Of a stretch of DNA of 64,000 nucleotides, positions 25,950-40,700 are shown piece by piece (position 1 is the stretch's first letter; each line of letters starts with the position of its first letter). Source of the DNA: Trichoplax adhaerens (Eukaryota > Animalia > Placozoa); assembly GCF_000150275.1 (NCBI RefSeq), contig NW_002060944.1, positions 747,614-811,613 on the forward strand, in the 5' to 3' direction. The notes below the pieces were generated by a model. That model made no database searches, was not told the origin of the DNA, and saw only the letters and a program-made list of their open reading frames with translations. The translations under genes and the position numbers were made by a program.

Positions 25950-26350
25950 AATACTTCTATTAAAAAAGTATAGATCCTTGATTAATCATGTCTTGAATCG
26001 AGGTTATGTATGGAAAGGCTGGTGTCGATAAGATTACTATCGAACTATCTTATGCTAAGTTAGATCGATTTCATATAATCGGCTAATGCTTCATCTGTGT
26101 AACCATTTAGTCTTTAATCTCACCTTATTAATATAAACATTTAGCAATTTGAACTTTTTTTAAAATTTTTTAGCCAATTCTAGTGTCATTTTAATTATTT
26201 TGTCAGCATTGATCCAATTGCATTGTATGATGTAGGTATCATTCATTTTAAGATAAATATCACCTTGAATTCGGTTGATGATCGTCCGTTTACTGGCAAT
26301 AGATTAGATTTCATGTATTGCTAGCAAATTATAGCACCCTTGATGCAAAC
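25950..26350 (-). pseudogene. Decayed TPR-repeat remnant
   Basis: Minus strand gives 'GYTDEALADYMKSI*LSIR*FDSNLIDTSLSIHNL' and 'HQGCYNLLAIHE', resembling the same TPR class. Confidence 0.45.
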
Positions 26351-29103
26351 CCTCACTTTTCTAATGTAGAGGTTCATTTGTTTAAGGATAACGAACTTGA
26401 TTGCTTGGTTGCTCATTTATCGTTATGTAATTTTTAACATCGATGAAATGCGATAAAATCCAAGTGTAGCTAATACATGCTATAAGATTTTGATGATGGC
26501 TTCTTGATAAATTTAGACGAATCGGCGAAATACGTGATGAATATTCTATATTAGAAACAGATGCTACATAGGATATACTCTGTTTCATGTTAGTAAAATG
26601 AAATAGAGGAATAAAACGTGTATTATTAATAATAAGACAAGAAAGATACGGTGAATATTCTTAGCAACAGATCATAAGGTTGCGATAACTTTGGTAAAGA
26701 AAAGTACTCGTAAAATAGTGTACTTTGGTTAGCTGGTGCAAGAAAAATTCATAGACTTTAGTTACTCGGAGATTGAATCTTGAAAAGGAATAAAGCAAAG
26801 CAAATAATTTGATCATGCCATTTATATGCTAACAGATGGGAACGCTAATAGAGTTTATTGAAAAAATATCCATTAGTCTCGTGAAGATAAACCGACTAAT
26901 ATAAGGAATAGAAGCTAGTGTTATACGTATATTGTAAGAGTTGGTAATAGTATATTTATGCAAGATTAGATATCTGACATGGTTTGTATAAAAGAAAATG
27001 AAAATTAAAGGTTATACAAGTATGTGTCAGATAATAACAATCAACAGCAAAGGTAAGAGAAATGACGTCAGATAATGTTTGACCAATGTGTTGAAAAAAG
27101 CCATTAAAAACAGATAGGAGCATGCCATCACGAAAGTACTCTTATGATATTTTCTTTACATAAGCACTACTGTATTAATTAATGAAGTAATCTGAATAAT
27201 TCAGGATAAACTTAAGATATTCTATTAAACAAAAATATCTAGACTAACATTTAAGATGTGCCGTATTTATAAAAAATAAAAATAACGAAATGAGCAAATT
27301 ATTAAAAATAAATTTCAAATAAAGGAAGCGATAAATTATGTTATAACAGCAATTTATATGTTTCTAATACAATTTTTTTTCAACTTACCTTCCATATCCA
27401 TACACTCACTTTAGTTAGTATCAAGCTTGCAATTGTAAAGCAAATATTAGCAGGACAAATTAATTTATTGGAGGTTACGTAATTTTGTTCTTTGACTAAT
27501 TTTATTGTTCAATGCAAAAGTCTGCTTATGCAAGTATCATATTTAATCAAATCGTTTAACGTTAACAATACGCAAAGATATTGTATCAAAATAAAAAAGG
27601 AGTATTCAATTATTGGGCTTTAAGTCATATGAATTAAAATTCACGATAGACCGTTAATTACTTAAAGAGATTTAAGAATACCGGCTTGGACTTAAAAAAA
27701 AAATTTTTAATTTTTATTATTGGTTTAATTTGTAGACCAGCTCAAGCAAATACCGCTTAATAATTTTGCGGTCTGAATGATTGTTTTATTAAAATAGAAC
27801 TAGTGTCGAAGAGACATTGTTATAATCTTCTTAACCCGGTTGATAAATTAGCTCAACAGCTGAGGTACTCTATCTTACATACTTGTAAGTACTTCAATGT
27901 ATTATAGAATTGAGTTCTTATATTTTGTAGATTCATTAACTAGCACAAACTTACTTTTCCAGTGACTAGCTCGGTTCAATCAACTAACTAGCCAACTCGC
28001 TGAGCTGAACAAACTGAACCTTGAGCTACCGTTACGCAGTCGTCCACATTCTGTGCTATAGATCTGTTTATCATGTAATAAATTCCAGTCAATTCTCAGC
28101 TAGAGAAGTGCTTCTGATAAGACTATGTATAAACGAAGTTGATATAAAGTGGCATCAAAAAAGATTGTCAAACTGAGAATTATAGATCGTTGTTAGATTT
28201 GAAAGATCTACTGTAATGTGATACGATTTGATGTCAATGAGTTTAATTATCTAAATTTATAAAATACCATAACACCGACTAAGCTTAACGACATGTTTTC
28301 TTTTTAGATACTTTGATCACAAAATAGATGAAAATATTGATTTAATATTATATCATGTTTTATATGTAGCGTTACTTTAGAGTTTCACGAATGATTTTAT
28401 AACTTTAATTTATGCTAATAAATGTTCTTGTTATAGTATGCAAAAGTTAATGCTGTACAATAGTAAAGATAAAGCGTAATCCTAAACTTTGTATAACATC
28501 AAATATAAAATTATAACTTATATGAATGCTGCTATTACCGGAATGATATAAATCTGGATTGCATGATCATGATGTTAACGAGATTTTATCGACGTTAAGA
28601 CTTTACTACGACAGCGAATGAAATTCATAAGCCACATCTGAATATTTTTAGCCTAAACATTTACAGTATATTTAAATACCCTCGTCAAATTTGTCCTCCT
28701 CCACATATCTCTTTAATTTTATCAATTATACATATACATACTTACTGATATTATCAATAGTATCCGGTTAAACCTGGTTATTATACATAGAAATCAATGA
28801 TTATCTGATATTATTATCAATAATCTCAGGGTAAACTTGGTTACAGCAATATCCATACTAACAGTATTTTCAATATTAGCCGTAACTGATTTAACTGTGA
28901 CAAACTTCGACCTATTAATACTAAACGCTGAAAACAACTATTTTGGATCAAACAGTGGATTTATGGTGTTGGCCATTCGTATTCGTAGCTATTTACTTCA
29001 TCGAAAAGAGCTCGCCTGCTCGTGCTCTCATCGTTTATTTGAAGATTTTTGTTCCTAAACTGTAAGTAGAGCTAATTATTCTCCTAGGTTGTCCATTATA
29101 ATT

Positions 29104-29790
29104 ATGGATGTAAGCAAATCACTACGCGAAAAGGGCGGAAAATATAAAAATTACAATTATCAATAAGCTCTATCATACTATAAACAAGCTGAAACTTTAA
29201 TCGAGTTGATGCCCAGTGGTAGAAATGATGTTCATCAACTGGAATACACTATTTACATAAATTACAAAATGAAGTGAAGATTGCTAGATGCAAGGATAGG
29301 TGGGATAACATGAAACGATTTCTGGCTAATGGAAATGGCGCCTAGAAGGATTATACGGAATCCTGTAATATGAAATTATGAAACACCGAAAATCCCTATG
29401 TCAGTAACTCTTATCATAAAATTGGCCTTGCCTACTTCCATCAAGGCAAATATAGCGAAGCTTTAAGCATGCATGAAAAATCACTGAAGACTACATTGAA
29501 ATTTAATCCTCAGTGATTTTTCAAGAGATTTTCGCTGTTTCATAATTTTAATTTCAATTTACAGGATTCCGTATGATCCTTCAAGGCGAAAATAATTGCG
29601 ACGTTGCTGCATTATATAACAATACTTGGGAAGTTTATAGCCAACAAGGCAAGTACAACGACTCTCTATCGATGTTGAATAAATCATACAATATTAGGCT
29701 AATGACGCTTACAGCTAATTATCCTGATGTTGCGGAATCTTATTACAACATTGGAGTTGTCTATTAGAAGCAAGGTCTATTGAAAGGTCT
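29104..29790 (+). pseudogene. TPR-repeat protein pseudogene
   Basis: 'MDVSKSLREKGGKYKNYNYQ*ALSYYKQAE', 'SNSYHKIGLAYFHQGKYSEALSMHEKSLK' and 'GENNCDVAALYNNTWEVYSQQGKYNDSLSMLNKSYNIRL...YPDVAESYYNIGVVY*KQG' are canonical TPR units interrupted by stops and frameshifts. Confidence 0.85.
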
Positions 29791-31783
29791 ATTAGAAGCA
29801 ATTCCTACCTAATACTTGTTACTGTTACACGATTTCATCGATTCAATATATTATCGCTTTCGTTGCATGGATAGAAAAAGAGAATGGCCAATAAAGTCAA
29901 AATACAGGATAAAATATCAACAGTTAGCAATACTATGGTAAGTCTGTATGCAACATCGATTATATTTTCTATTTCTAGGATTACTAAAAAACTAGCAGTT
30001 TTATTTATAAGATTACTATAAATTAATTTACTGAGATCGATTATAAAATACATATAAAAAATTAGCTCTTGTTTGGCAACGATTAATTAAGATAATAGTA
30101 CTAGTAAAACTGGCATAGACAAAAATAAATCTCTACACTAATTGATACATTATATTTTAACTCCAACAATCAATATTTATGTATATTACCTGAGTTAATA
30201 CAACATGATTTAATAAAAAAGTTAATAGCTTTTACTGAAGCAAATCTGAAACATGTTTAATTTAATCGAACTATGATTGATCCATTCTTAAATTCCTGAT
30301 TCAAAAGTCAAAATTTGAACTTTTCAGTTTTTCATTTAAAACTAGACATAAACATGACTGAGCGATAGTAGGATTGCAACAAGCCAACTAGCTAGCCAAG
30401 TCTGTTATGATTTTTCCATCAGTTCTTTGCACTAAGTTAATATAGCAGTCGCAATGAATTAAAATCGCAGAAAATAAATCGGATTGTCCCATAATTTTAC
30501 ATTATAAGAGCTACCAGTTAACTAGAGATGTGTGCTGTTACTTTCGGTTGATCATGTTCTTAGATCGGCGACAACGCCATCCGTTGAGCATTTAATGCTA
30601 TTAGTCAAGACCAAAGCCATCTATGTCTCAAAGAGGAATAAGATTTCAGGTGGTTTCTCCCGAGATACCTTCAATGCACTATTTATAATTAAATTGAATT
30701 AAGCCGGATATTTTAAGCCCTTCGTTATCAAACCATCAGATACAGGCAAATCGCTTATATAAAGTTTTATTTTAGATTAACATAAAAATAGCTTGAATAT
30801 ATTGAAAAAGTAATTGTGTTCCACTACGTCTTGGAAAACTTGGCATATCCTGTAAATTATTAGATTATGTAGTCTGACATTCCCTGAAAGATTAAATCTT
30901 TCTTCCTTTATTGCTAGATCATCAAGAGCAAGTACATTTTCTGGTGAAATATAGCAGTGAAGCTAAACATAGGTTCTATCATTTCCTCCCATATCTTGAA
31001 TTCTCTATATGCTGTATATTTAGATACGATTCTTGTAATTAAAATCGTAGATTCTTATCACGGTACGAACCACGATGAAGAGTAAATGACTAAATTTAGT
31101 GTTTGGCATTTATATATGGAGATAACTAATAATGACTTACAGTAAAAGCTACGGTAGTTATTATTTTGTTACAGTAAATTATGCTGTAAGGAAGAGTTCT
31201 CATAAGGTAACTAATATTAATTAATGATAGTGTTATGTCTTGTAACGCTTGTGATGAATATCCTGAAGATATTCAATTATAGATGATACCATAAATAATT
31301 CTGTGTGTGGACATACGGTAGTCTAATTATCTGGAATCGTTCAGTAAATATCCAAAATTATGAACAATGTCTGTATTAATTTAGCTATCCAATATGAGCT
31401 AAATTTCATGAACTGTTATGACTTATATATGATAGCTGCTGCCGAAGGGTATTTATTTTTTATTTAGACGATCAATCAGCCCAATCAAAAATAAATTTAT
31501 CTTGTTTATTCTGCCAAAAACATGCCCATTAACTTCTTTTAAAAAGGAATTTATAAAAAATTATTTCACCTTTCCAATATAATTTACCACACGGATATAT
31601 CTACACGTATTAAATATGTTATATAACGATTTTATAGGCAATATTTTATCAATAGTACAGCATTTAAGCAACGAATTAAAAATTACAGACGTTGATTAAT
31701 TACAAGTTTTCGTGCTAATAAATACAATTCCATTAATCATCCAGATAACAGTAAATAATCAATCCGGTATAAAAAAGATCAAG

Positions 31784-34700
31784 TTAATTATCTAAAATGG
31801 TTTGACCATGCTCTTTAATTATCTTTCTAACCACATTAGTAATACCCTTACTACACTCTTCATCGATCATTTTACTTAATCCTACAACGCGACTAGCACC
31901 CTGCAATGGTAATAATCATAAATACGAGTTATATAATATTAAGTCACGATAGATGTCGTTTGCGTAAGCAACAAGATGATCTATATTAGATATGAAGTGT
32001 ATGATCTACCTGCAAGAGTAATTTTCCTATTCTAGGTTGTATTATAAAAGTCGCCATAATATCATCAGTTACCCGCCATTTCTACCACGCAAAAAATAGA
32101 TATAACAGCCAGAGGTAAATATGGATTGACAAGGTTTGCTTAATATATGCACTTCATTAGTAGTATAGTTCTACTTACAGCTGCAAGATCTTCCGTTAGT
32201 AAAAATAAATCAGTTAAAGCGCGAGCTAAAGGGCAGAATGAGCAATCGCCTAAAATAGTATTCAAAGATGGAGCAATACAACACTCAGAAAATAGTAATG
32301 CTATACTATAAAGAATTCAAAATACGTTGTTACTTACTGCGGTCATCCAGTGTATGGCAGTATAGAAACCATAACCGTTTTAATTGTGTTAGATCAATTT
32401 GCTTCTTTATTTCAGTAACAGAAATGGAATCTTCTTCTGATTCTTTAATACTATATCCAACAGTGTTACGTTACTTTCAAACATAAATTTCTGAAATAAT
32501 ATAATTGAAAAGGTCCAAGACAACCAACCTCGAAACTAATTCTAATAACTTTAGTAATAATTTAACCGCCATTAATCTCCAATAGGATGTATGAATAGCG
32601 GCAGCTTTAATAAGATTCATCCATAATCCATTCAACGGTAACTGCCTTTAAATAAAATATAATTTCTGTTATAAAAACATAACCTTGTTTAAACTATCAA
32701 TACCCTTATCAAAACCTATAATTTAGTCCTTTTACTCACTTCAACTTCGATGTTGTTTGTGACAGTAAAATGCATAACAACTTATAGCCGACATCAAATC
32801 TAGAATGAATCAGTTACAAACTTAAATATTAGTTATACAACATTTACAACAATCACCAATAATATATACTTGTCTAATTCTCCTCCAACAACAGTAAATT
32901 TCCAACCCCAATCACCACCGCTACATTGACATGTAAACTTGAAATGGACCGTATCACCTAAAGCACAGGTTATATTATACTTGTGTTAACTAATCTTCGG
33001 TAAACTATGTTATTGGAATAAATTATATCTCACATACATAGCTCGACTATCCTTACCCGGCAAAATTATTTTATCCCATGGACCTGCCCCTGAAAAGTCG
33101 TGTCTATTTTCTTGAAAACTGCTCGATGTAGCCAATGTTAAGATATCACAATCTCTTTCTGTTATACATCTATTGGAGAATAGAGATACAGGATGCATGA
33201 ATACCGTAATCAACGTGATGCCACATAATGTAACAGATTTATACTTACTGAGAGTCAAAAAATACCATTAACCAGTTGGAATTTTCAATTTTAAAGCTAT
33301 CCTGATTATTACAAAATTGAGAGATATTAAATAAAACGATGGAGGAACATTTGCGTTATGTAGAATTTTAATATATTCGTAGTAAATATTACGTTTGTCT
33401 CATCATCATTATCGTAATCGTGACTCGATTCCCGAGTCTTGAAAGTAAGTTTTGCATTTGACATCGATGCGGAAGCAGACAAATAAAGCGAAAGAACGAC
33501 ATGCGGTTCGGCCCATTTAACAATATTTTTCACAATCTACCAATCGAGATTTAGATGTAAAATTTAGTCCTTTAATACGATACATCAATAATTTCTTAAT
33601 CCTTTCTACAATGATACTTGATTAACAAATCTGAATATAAAATACCATTTCAAACGTTTGAGAATCATCAGCTTGAAAAAGTAGGCAAAAAAATTGCGTC
33701 AAATCAACACCAAATGATGGTCCTAAAAGATTCTCACTAATTGATCGATTTCTGGGCCAGTTTGCAAAAACAAAACTGACAATTTTTCTTGCATATAGCA
33801 CCGATGCTGCATGAGCAATCTTTAAGAGCGTATATAAAAGTATTAATATTACCAACCAATCAAAAATATCTCAGAAATGAATCCTTTCATTTTTGTAATA
33901 CCTCAATAGCGCGACTATCATTATAACTTGCTAAACGCTTCAATTCTTTTGATAACAGCTCTGAAGATTCCGCACAATTGTGATCAAGAATCATCTTCCA
34001 TATATATAGATAAAAATCAACAATTAGCACATTGGCGATACATCAGAACACACCTTATCGACATTAAATCGACTCTTTCCTACCCGCTTCATTTCCTTAT
34101 CGGTATATTCGGCAATTAAATTTGGTGACAAATCTGACCGTTCCGGGGTAAAAGTGATTCTAAGAGTTAAAGTATGTAACAGTTAATGAGGATTTTCTCA
34201 TTTCGTAATATATTTTACTTGACTAAAGTAATTAATAAGTTTAGTACATCAATCGCACTTAGAATCGCATAAATAATTCATTATCCACAGAATTAGATAA
34301 ATGAGCATATTTACCCGTCATCAGGCTCAAGAATGCTAGATGTTCTACTAGTAATCCAATTTGTGGCCCCATCATCAGATAAGAGAGCTTTACTATTGCT
34401 GGTTTCATTAGGCATCCTTAATAAAGTGAACGCCATATTAATTCAGAATCAAGTAGCATGAATAGTATAGCCTTGCAGTATCTCAAACCCAGATGCCGTA
34501 AACTGTAGTACTTTATTATCAAAAGTTGATCATACCATTGCTTTGCTAACTGTTTGATCTCATCAGTAAATTCCATTCCATCATTCGTATATCTGGTTTA
34601 TAAATGATAATTGACAGTAAATTACAATTTATGGTCATTTTAGGATAGCTATCCTAACACCTATAGCAGTTATTTAACCTCCGTTGTACTTCATCAATAA

Positions 34701-37700
34701 ATTGAGTCAAATTCGATCCTAACGATTCAAACATGGCACGTAGAAACGCAACAGGAGCATTTAAAGCTTCATGGATGGTCTGGAATATAAAATATTCTTT
34801 TCGAGTTTAATTATACTGAATTCAAATCAATTAGCAAAGACAACAATGCCATAAAAACCTGAATGCCATCTCTAGCTTCAGGTGGTAATCCTTCCAGTGG
34901 ATCTATTACTTTACTATCTTTAGGATCTTGATCCGGCTTAGCATCATCGAATGAACTATCATCGGAATGACTGCTACTACTACTAACGCTAGCGCTATCG
35001 TCACCGCTAAATACTTCTTCTTCATTCACTTCCTTACTATCGGTTCCGGCAGTAGCTGTCATAGATGTTTTACGTGCATAAATGGCTAATAGCTAAAGTA
35101 AGGATAATAAATGCTAAATTATTTACAAAAAGTAAATGTCTATATTTGATTATAATAATAGAAATTAATGCTCTACCTCTAAGTCTTCTACAATCCAATT
35201 CTTATCGATAGATACAGCCTCACAACTTAATTGAAAAATGCAGCCAATCACGTTATCGATAATCAGATCAAAAGTTTCACTATCAGGGACCTAGTAAATA
35301 AGAGAATTCTTTCATCAGCATAGTTAATAAACTTCTGTTAAGTAAAATAAGCGATAATTGTTGAAACCTACATTGAGACATTGATACACATTCTTTAAAA
35401 TATATAATAATATTAATTCGCTTTCAAATGATCTTTCGGAATCTATACAAATTTTGCATTACGTTAGTTACTTTTAATCTAAAAGAAACGTTTTTACAGT
35501 AATGTTTCTACCTTGACATTTATTTTTGTAACAAGTCACTATGGATCGCAAAACAGAATTATACATCATTTGCGTTGCATGGCAATTATTAAGATCTCCT
35601 TTAATTTTTAAACTACTAGCGGGTACCTAATAAAAGTCAACGAAGTAAGATTATAATTAACAATATTGCAGACCTTCATAACAATTGGACTAAGCAAAAA
35701 TGCCGAGAGCAAGTAACTTACTATTCTTCGAATGTGCGATCGTAAATCACATGTTAGACACTCGGATCGCTCAAAATATTTATAAAGTATAACTACCGGC
35801 TTAGAACCAACCAAAGTATCGCTTTGAGTACAAATTGAGCCGGGAAATGGAATCTAGATAATCAATAAAGCAATACTTCTTGAGTATTAGCGTACAAATT
35901 ACACATAATTAAATATCGCAATCTTTCAAACCTTTGGGAAACCAGCTAAAGATATCAAAGCGGCAATGGTTGATTGAGAATCAGAAATCTAAATAGAAAT
36001 AAGAATTTTATATCAGTTATATAGTCACAATTACCGAAACTGTAGGTGCATTACTATATCTGTATACCTGCACCTACGAACAACAAGCCCAATCTTAGCT
36101 CTTACCTCTGTTAAACATCGTATAATGTAATTAAATAAAACAGATGACCACAGAGATGAATTCTTTAAGCTCAGTAAGACAGAAGCCACGCCATAAATAC
36201 TAGTGAAATCACACCTAAATACAGCATAACATATCGTACATCCAATTTTATAATCACAAATTATAACATGTACAGACTCAGGGTTCTCAAATCTTTACAA
36301 TACCTGTTTAGTGATTTCTTTATCATTGAGAATAGGAAATCTAAGGTTGCATCGGCAGTCACTGTTTGTTGTAGAATATGTCTTTGCTCTGTCTTTGGCT
36401 TGCTTGACTTCATAAGTACTGTCGAGACCGCTTTATCAGCAACCTACGATTTTAAAATTTAGTCAACGCTAACCATGAATGCGGTGCCTAATTTTATCAT
36501 TCTTTTGCCTTTTAAAATCTGGTAAAGAAAGTCTAGGAAAGCTAATTAAATTCTAAATTTACATTACCTGAGGGTTTGTCCATTTCATATAATGCATTAA
36601 GACACCGTAGCACAACGAACTCACTTCTTTACTGAAAAGATTATCCCTAAATAATTGGCAATAGAAGTGCTAGGGTTTAAAATCGCTTATTTAGAAGGTG
36701 CAATCTAAAGCTATCAATACAATAACGAAGTCGCAGTAAATATATAATATCAGTATTGTTCTGTTTCACAAATTTTCAACTTTTAATTTCGTTTATTCAC
36801 TTAGTGTACCCTATCATTGCTAATAGAGCCGGTAAGAGGAATTCTGAAATCTGACTAGCTTCCTTTATTAAGTCATCATCATCTCTTCTCTCCTGAATAT
36901 ACGATAGTTAGATTTACAGTAATATTAATCGCCAAACCTACCGTCTATAATTATACACGCTTAAAGAAATCAAAGAAATGTACAAAATCATCAGCATAAG
37001 TACTTACAGTAATGAGCATAGTTGATATTAATCCTAATACACGATCCTGACAGCAAGAGCTGAAATATTTAACTTTTTGAGCAAAAGTAAACTGCCCTTT
37101 ATGATGAGTGTTCCTATGGATTGAAAGCATAATTGTTAGGCGGCATGGTCTTACGAACGTGGTATTTATCAATAGCCTTGCATAAAAAATTTACCCGTGC
37201 TCATGTGCAGAAGAATTTTCAAAGTAATTTTTGGCTTCGAGGCCTTTTTCATTATTTTCAGCAGAATTAGACGGATACTGCTTGAAGGCTACACTTTCGG
37301 TTGTGGAATCGCTAATGTCTAAAGGAACCGTAATCGACAGAGATTCTTTATCACTCTTAGGATGTGCCAAGGTATCTGTAATAATATGCACTGAGATCAG
37401 CAATGTGGAATAAAGAATTTATTACCAAGGGAAAAATCCTTACCAAAAGTAGAAGAAGAGTTTTCTAAACCGCCAATGATTAGCTCAAGACAGCGATTAG
37501 CGATTTGGTCAGAAGCTTCCCTATATGCAGTAACTTCTATAATAAATTAAAAGTCAAACAAAAGTTAACATTACTGCCTTAGTGTAATTCTAATGAGATA
37601 ACCAATCATTACTTTGAAAAAATAGAAATAACTAGATTGTATAATGTCTTTGATTAAGATTGTAATGCCTAAATTTTTTTTTGGAGAAACTACGTAATGT

Positions 37701-40700
37701 AAATTACCAGATATTTTCAACTTAGAATTTGCAGCATATATTGCCAATCCGGTGAAGAGATTCCAGCTGTAATTATGTAAGTAGGTCCTTAATGGCTCTA
37801 GCGTTCTTTTCTTCTGAAATTTAGCTATAATTTATAAGGTATAGAAATAAAGTTATCAATTCATACAATTTAAACTAAATGCATAAATACAGTATAGAGC
37901 GACCAACTTTGAGTGAATTTACCTATTTTAGTGGTTAATTTCGTTACACTATCAGATGAGCATCCAGCGTGCCTGTTAAAAAAACGATATTCTTATCAAC
38001 CATAACATACAGCAACAAACTTAAAGAAATTACCAAGCGCACTTACTCGGTATTATAAATTCCGGCGTTAAAGCAGCCGTAGCACCATATAACATTACAG
38101 GAGCTGCACATTACTTTAGTTCCAATTATAAATGATCTACAAGAATGACAGATTGTACTACCGCCAAAAACAAAGGGAACGCATATTAGTTTAAGATTTA
38201 GAAGAATCATTATATCAACTAAAGTAGGAGTACATCTGAACAAATTTATCAATCGACGTTAAGATTCTTAAACAAAATATCTCCTTTATACCAAGTTATT
38301 AACTAACCAGAATTCAACAACTTCATATTCACCCATATGTTCCTCAGGTCTTACACCAGCTATTAATGATAGACAATTAAGATTTTTTAAGTGATATTAA
38401 TTGCAAATAATATACAATTTCATAGATACGTACTTTACAATACAGATAGAAAGAAATAAAACTTACAAATATAACAATCCGTGCACAAATCTAGATCCCG
38501 GCACGTTAGGGATCTAAAGCGCCTACCAGATACTATTCTTTCGCAACCGTCGCATGAAATTTTAACGTCCATTACGTCACTATTTTGTGCAATAAACATA
38601 TGTACTTCCTATAATTATATAAGGATATTTGTAAGTACAAATTCTTTTCCCTTATAAACATGGAAGTTGATCAAAGATGCTGCCAATCATCTAAGGACTA
38701 TCCATAATAACCCTATTTAATGTATTTAACCTTATTTGCGTCCGAAAGTTCAGAAAATTCACTGAACCAATTATCGAAGTCTTTAACTGCTTCCTTAGCA
38801 TAGCTTCTGTGCTGACGATATGTATCTAATTCGTTTGGATTTTCCCTTGTTCCAACTAAGGCAGGAACAAATGCCGTATCTATTAAAATCAGATCAAAAT
38901 CGAGTAATGATTTATTACATTTAAGTACATCGCTCTGCTGAAAGTACTATTTAAGTACTTTACAAGCTTAAAATTTGCAATAAAGCGTTAGTAATGATCT
39001 GTGTATGATATCTGAACCATTTTAACGTGTAGGAAACATAGAATACCTATTGTGATCCTAAATAATGTCTCTGCAGCGTTAATTTCCTGAAGAAACTTAA
39101 AATCTTCCATCTGTTATATTTGCAAATACTTGGATTAGCATAGATAAAATTAAGTCTAAACTCTTGAGTGGATGCTTTAATAGATTCTAATTAATACTAG
39201 TGCAGTGAAAGCCACTGATAAAATACCTTCCACTGGATAAGCATTAATCGCGTAAATAAAAATAGAATAATTTCGTATCCACTTTTTCTAATAAGAGAAA
39301 TAATGGTAAAAACAATGTTAAAACACATAACATTAACAACTACTAAATTATCTAGGCGGCACAGTACTCACCTTTCATTCTTGGATAATAATTTTTGTAC
39401 ATATCTAATCAAGTATCTGACAAGAGAATAAAATGTCCTTCGAATTCCTTTCTCAAGTTCTAAACCGCAACCTTCTACACCATCTAGAAAGTGAGAAGGA
39501 AAGTCTTTTTGATCTTGCAATAAGTATTCTAAAAATACAATAGCTGGAAGACTAGTTGTATCCTCTTTCATTAAGGCTTTAAGATATTCCGTCGCTTGAT
39601 TAAATGTATGTATAAGATTTTTAGCTCGATAAGTACGAGCATGAAATGATTCTTCCACTTCGTTAACGTTAATTTTACTACTTCGAATGAATCCAAGAAT
39701 GATTTTGAAATTATCCCGAAGGTAATCTAACTCATTAGACGTCAATTTCTGAAACGAAAAAAACATATCATATCATAGTATCACAATTTTGTTTAACACG
39801 ATACATACATCGGTTAGCATACAACATGCAATTATAATAACAGCTCGTCATACTTCTAATGATGCAGGAACTACTTTAATTCCAAAATGAAGTCTTAATT
39901 TCTGATGTAATTGTCTTTTCTCATTCACAGTCAAATTTCCGTGACTTTTAGTTAGAGTAGCTATATTGGATGGCTGACTTGATAGTTTAAGCAAGAATTG
40001 GGCCTTGTTCCAACAAGAGATAACTATAGAGGTAGATTTTAACAACAATGTAGTCACAAAGTTAATTTCGATTCCACGGTAGGATAACAAATGACTGGGT
40101 AGACTGTAGAAATCTTTATCAATCAGTGAAAATAACAAGATTGAATCGAATGAAAACTAACCATAATCATCACTAGTGCTGGTGTTCAATTCATCTCCAA
40201 CAGAATTATTATTTATGTCTGAAGTATCCTGAGAAGCAATTATTCTCTGTTTCCGGCTAACCTGTTATCAAAATTATCATGATTCAATGTAAACGTAAGA
40301 ATTTCTTACATCAATTTGAGCTACAAATAATTGCTTACAAGATCCTTTCTAAAATTTTCAGCCGCTGCCATGGCACATAAAATGCCTGGTGGTATCATGG
40401 CTGGAGATTGATCAGCATTTACTAAAGGAAATAAAATGACCGAGAGAGATAATTACTACCGTGAATGCTTCCTTTATCGTATCTCCGTCTTGATATTGTC
40501 TGCGAGCTGTCTTTATTGTTGGTATATTTTATTTAATTCATTATTAAATACATCAAAATCTGAAAACATTTATTTATGTTGACGAATAATACTGTTATTA
40601 GTTTGCTGCCATGGCAATTAAAAGTAGTCCTGCTTCGCTTAATTAATGAAATATATTAGGACGCATTTTCAATCGAAGAGTACCATACCCATAGTATGTA

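Noticed and set aside
30780-30960. Open minus-strand stretch 'CYISPENVLALDDLAIKEERFNLSG...'
   Set aside because: No recognisable family, start codon or splice context.
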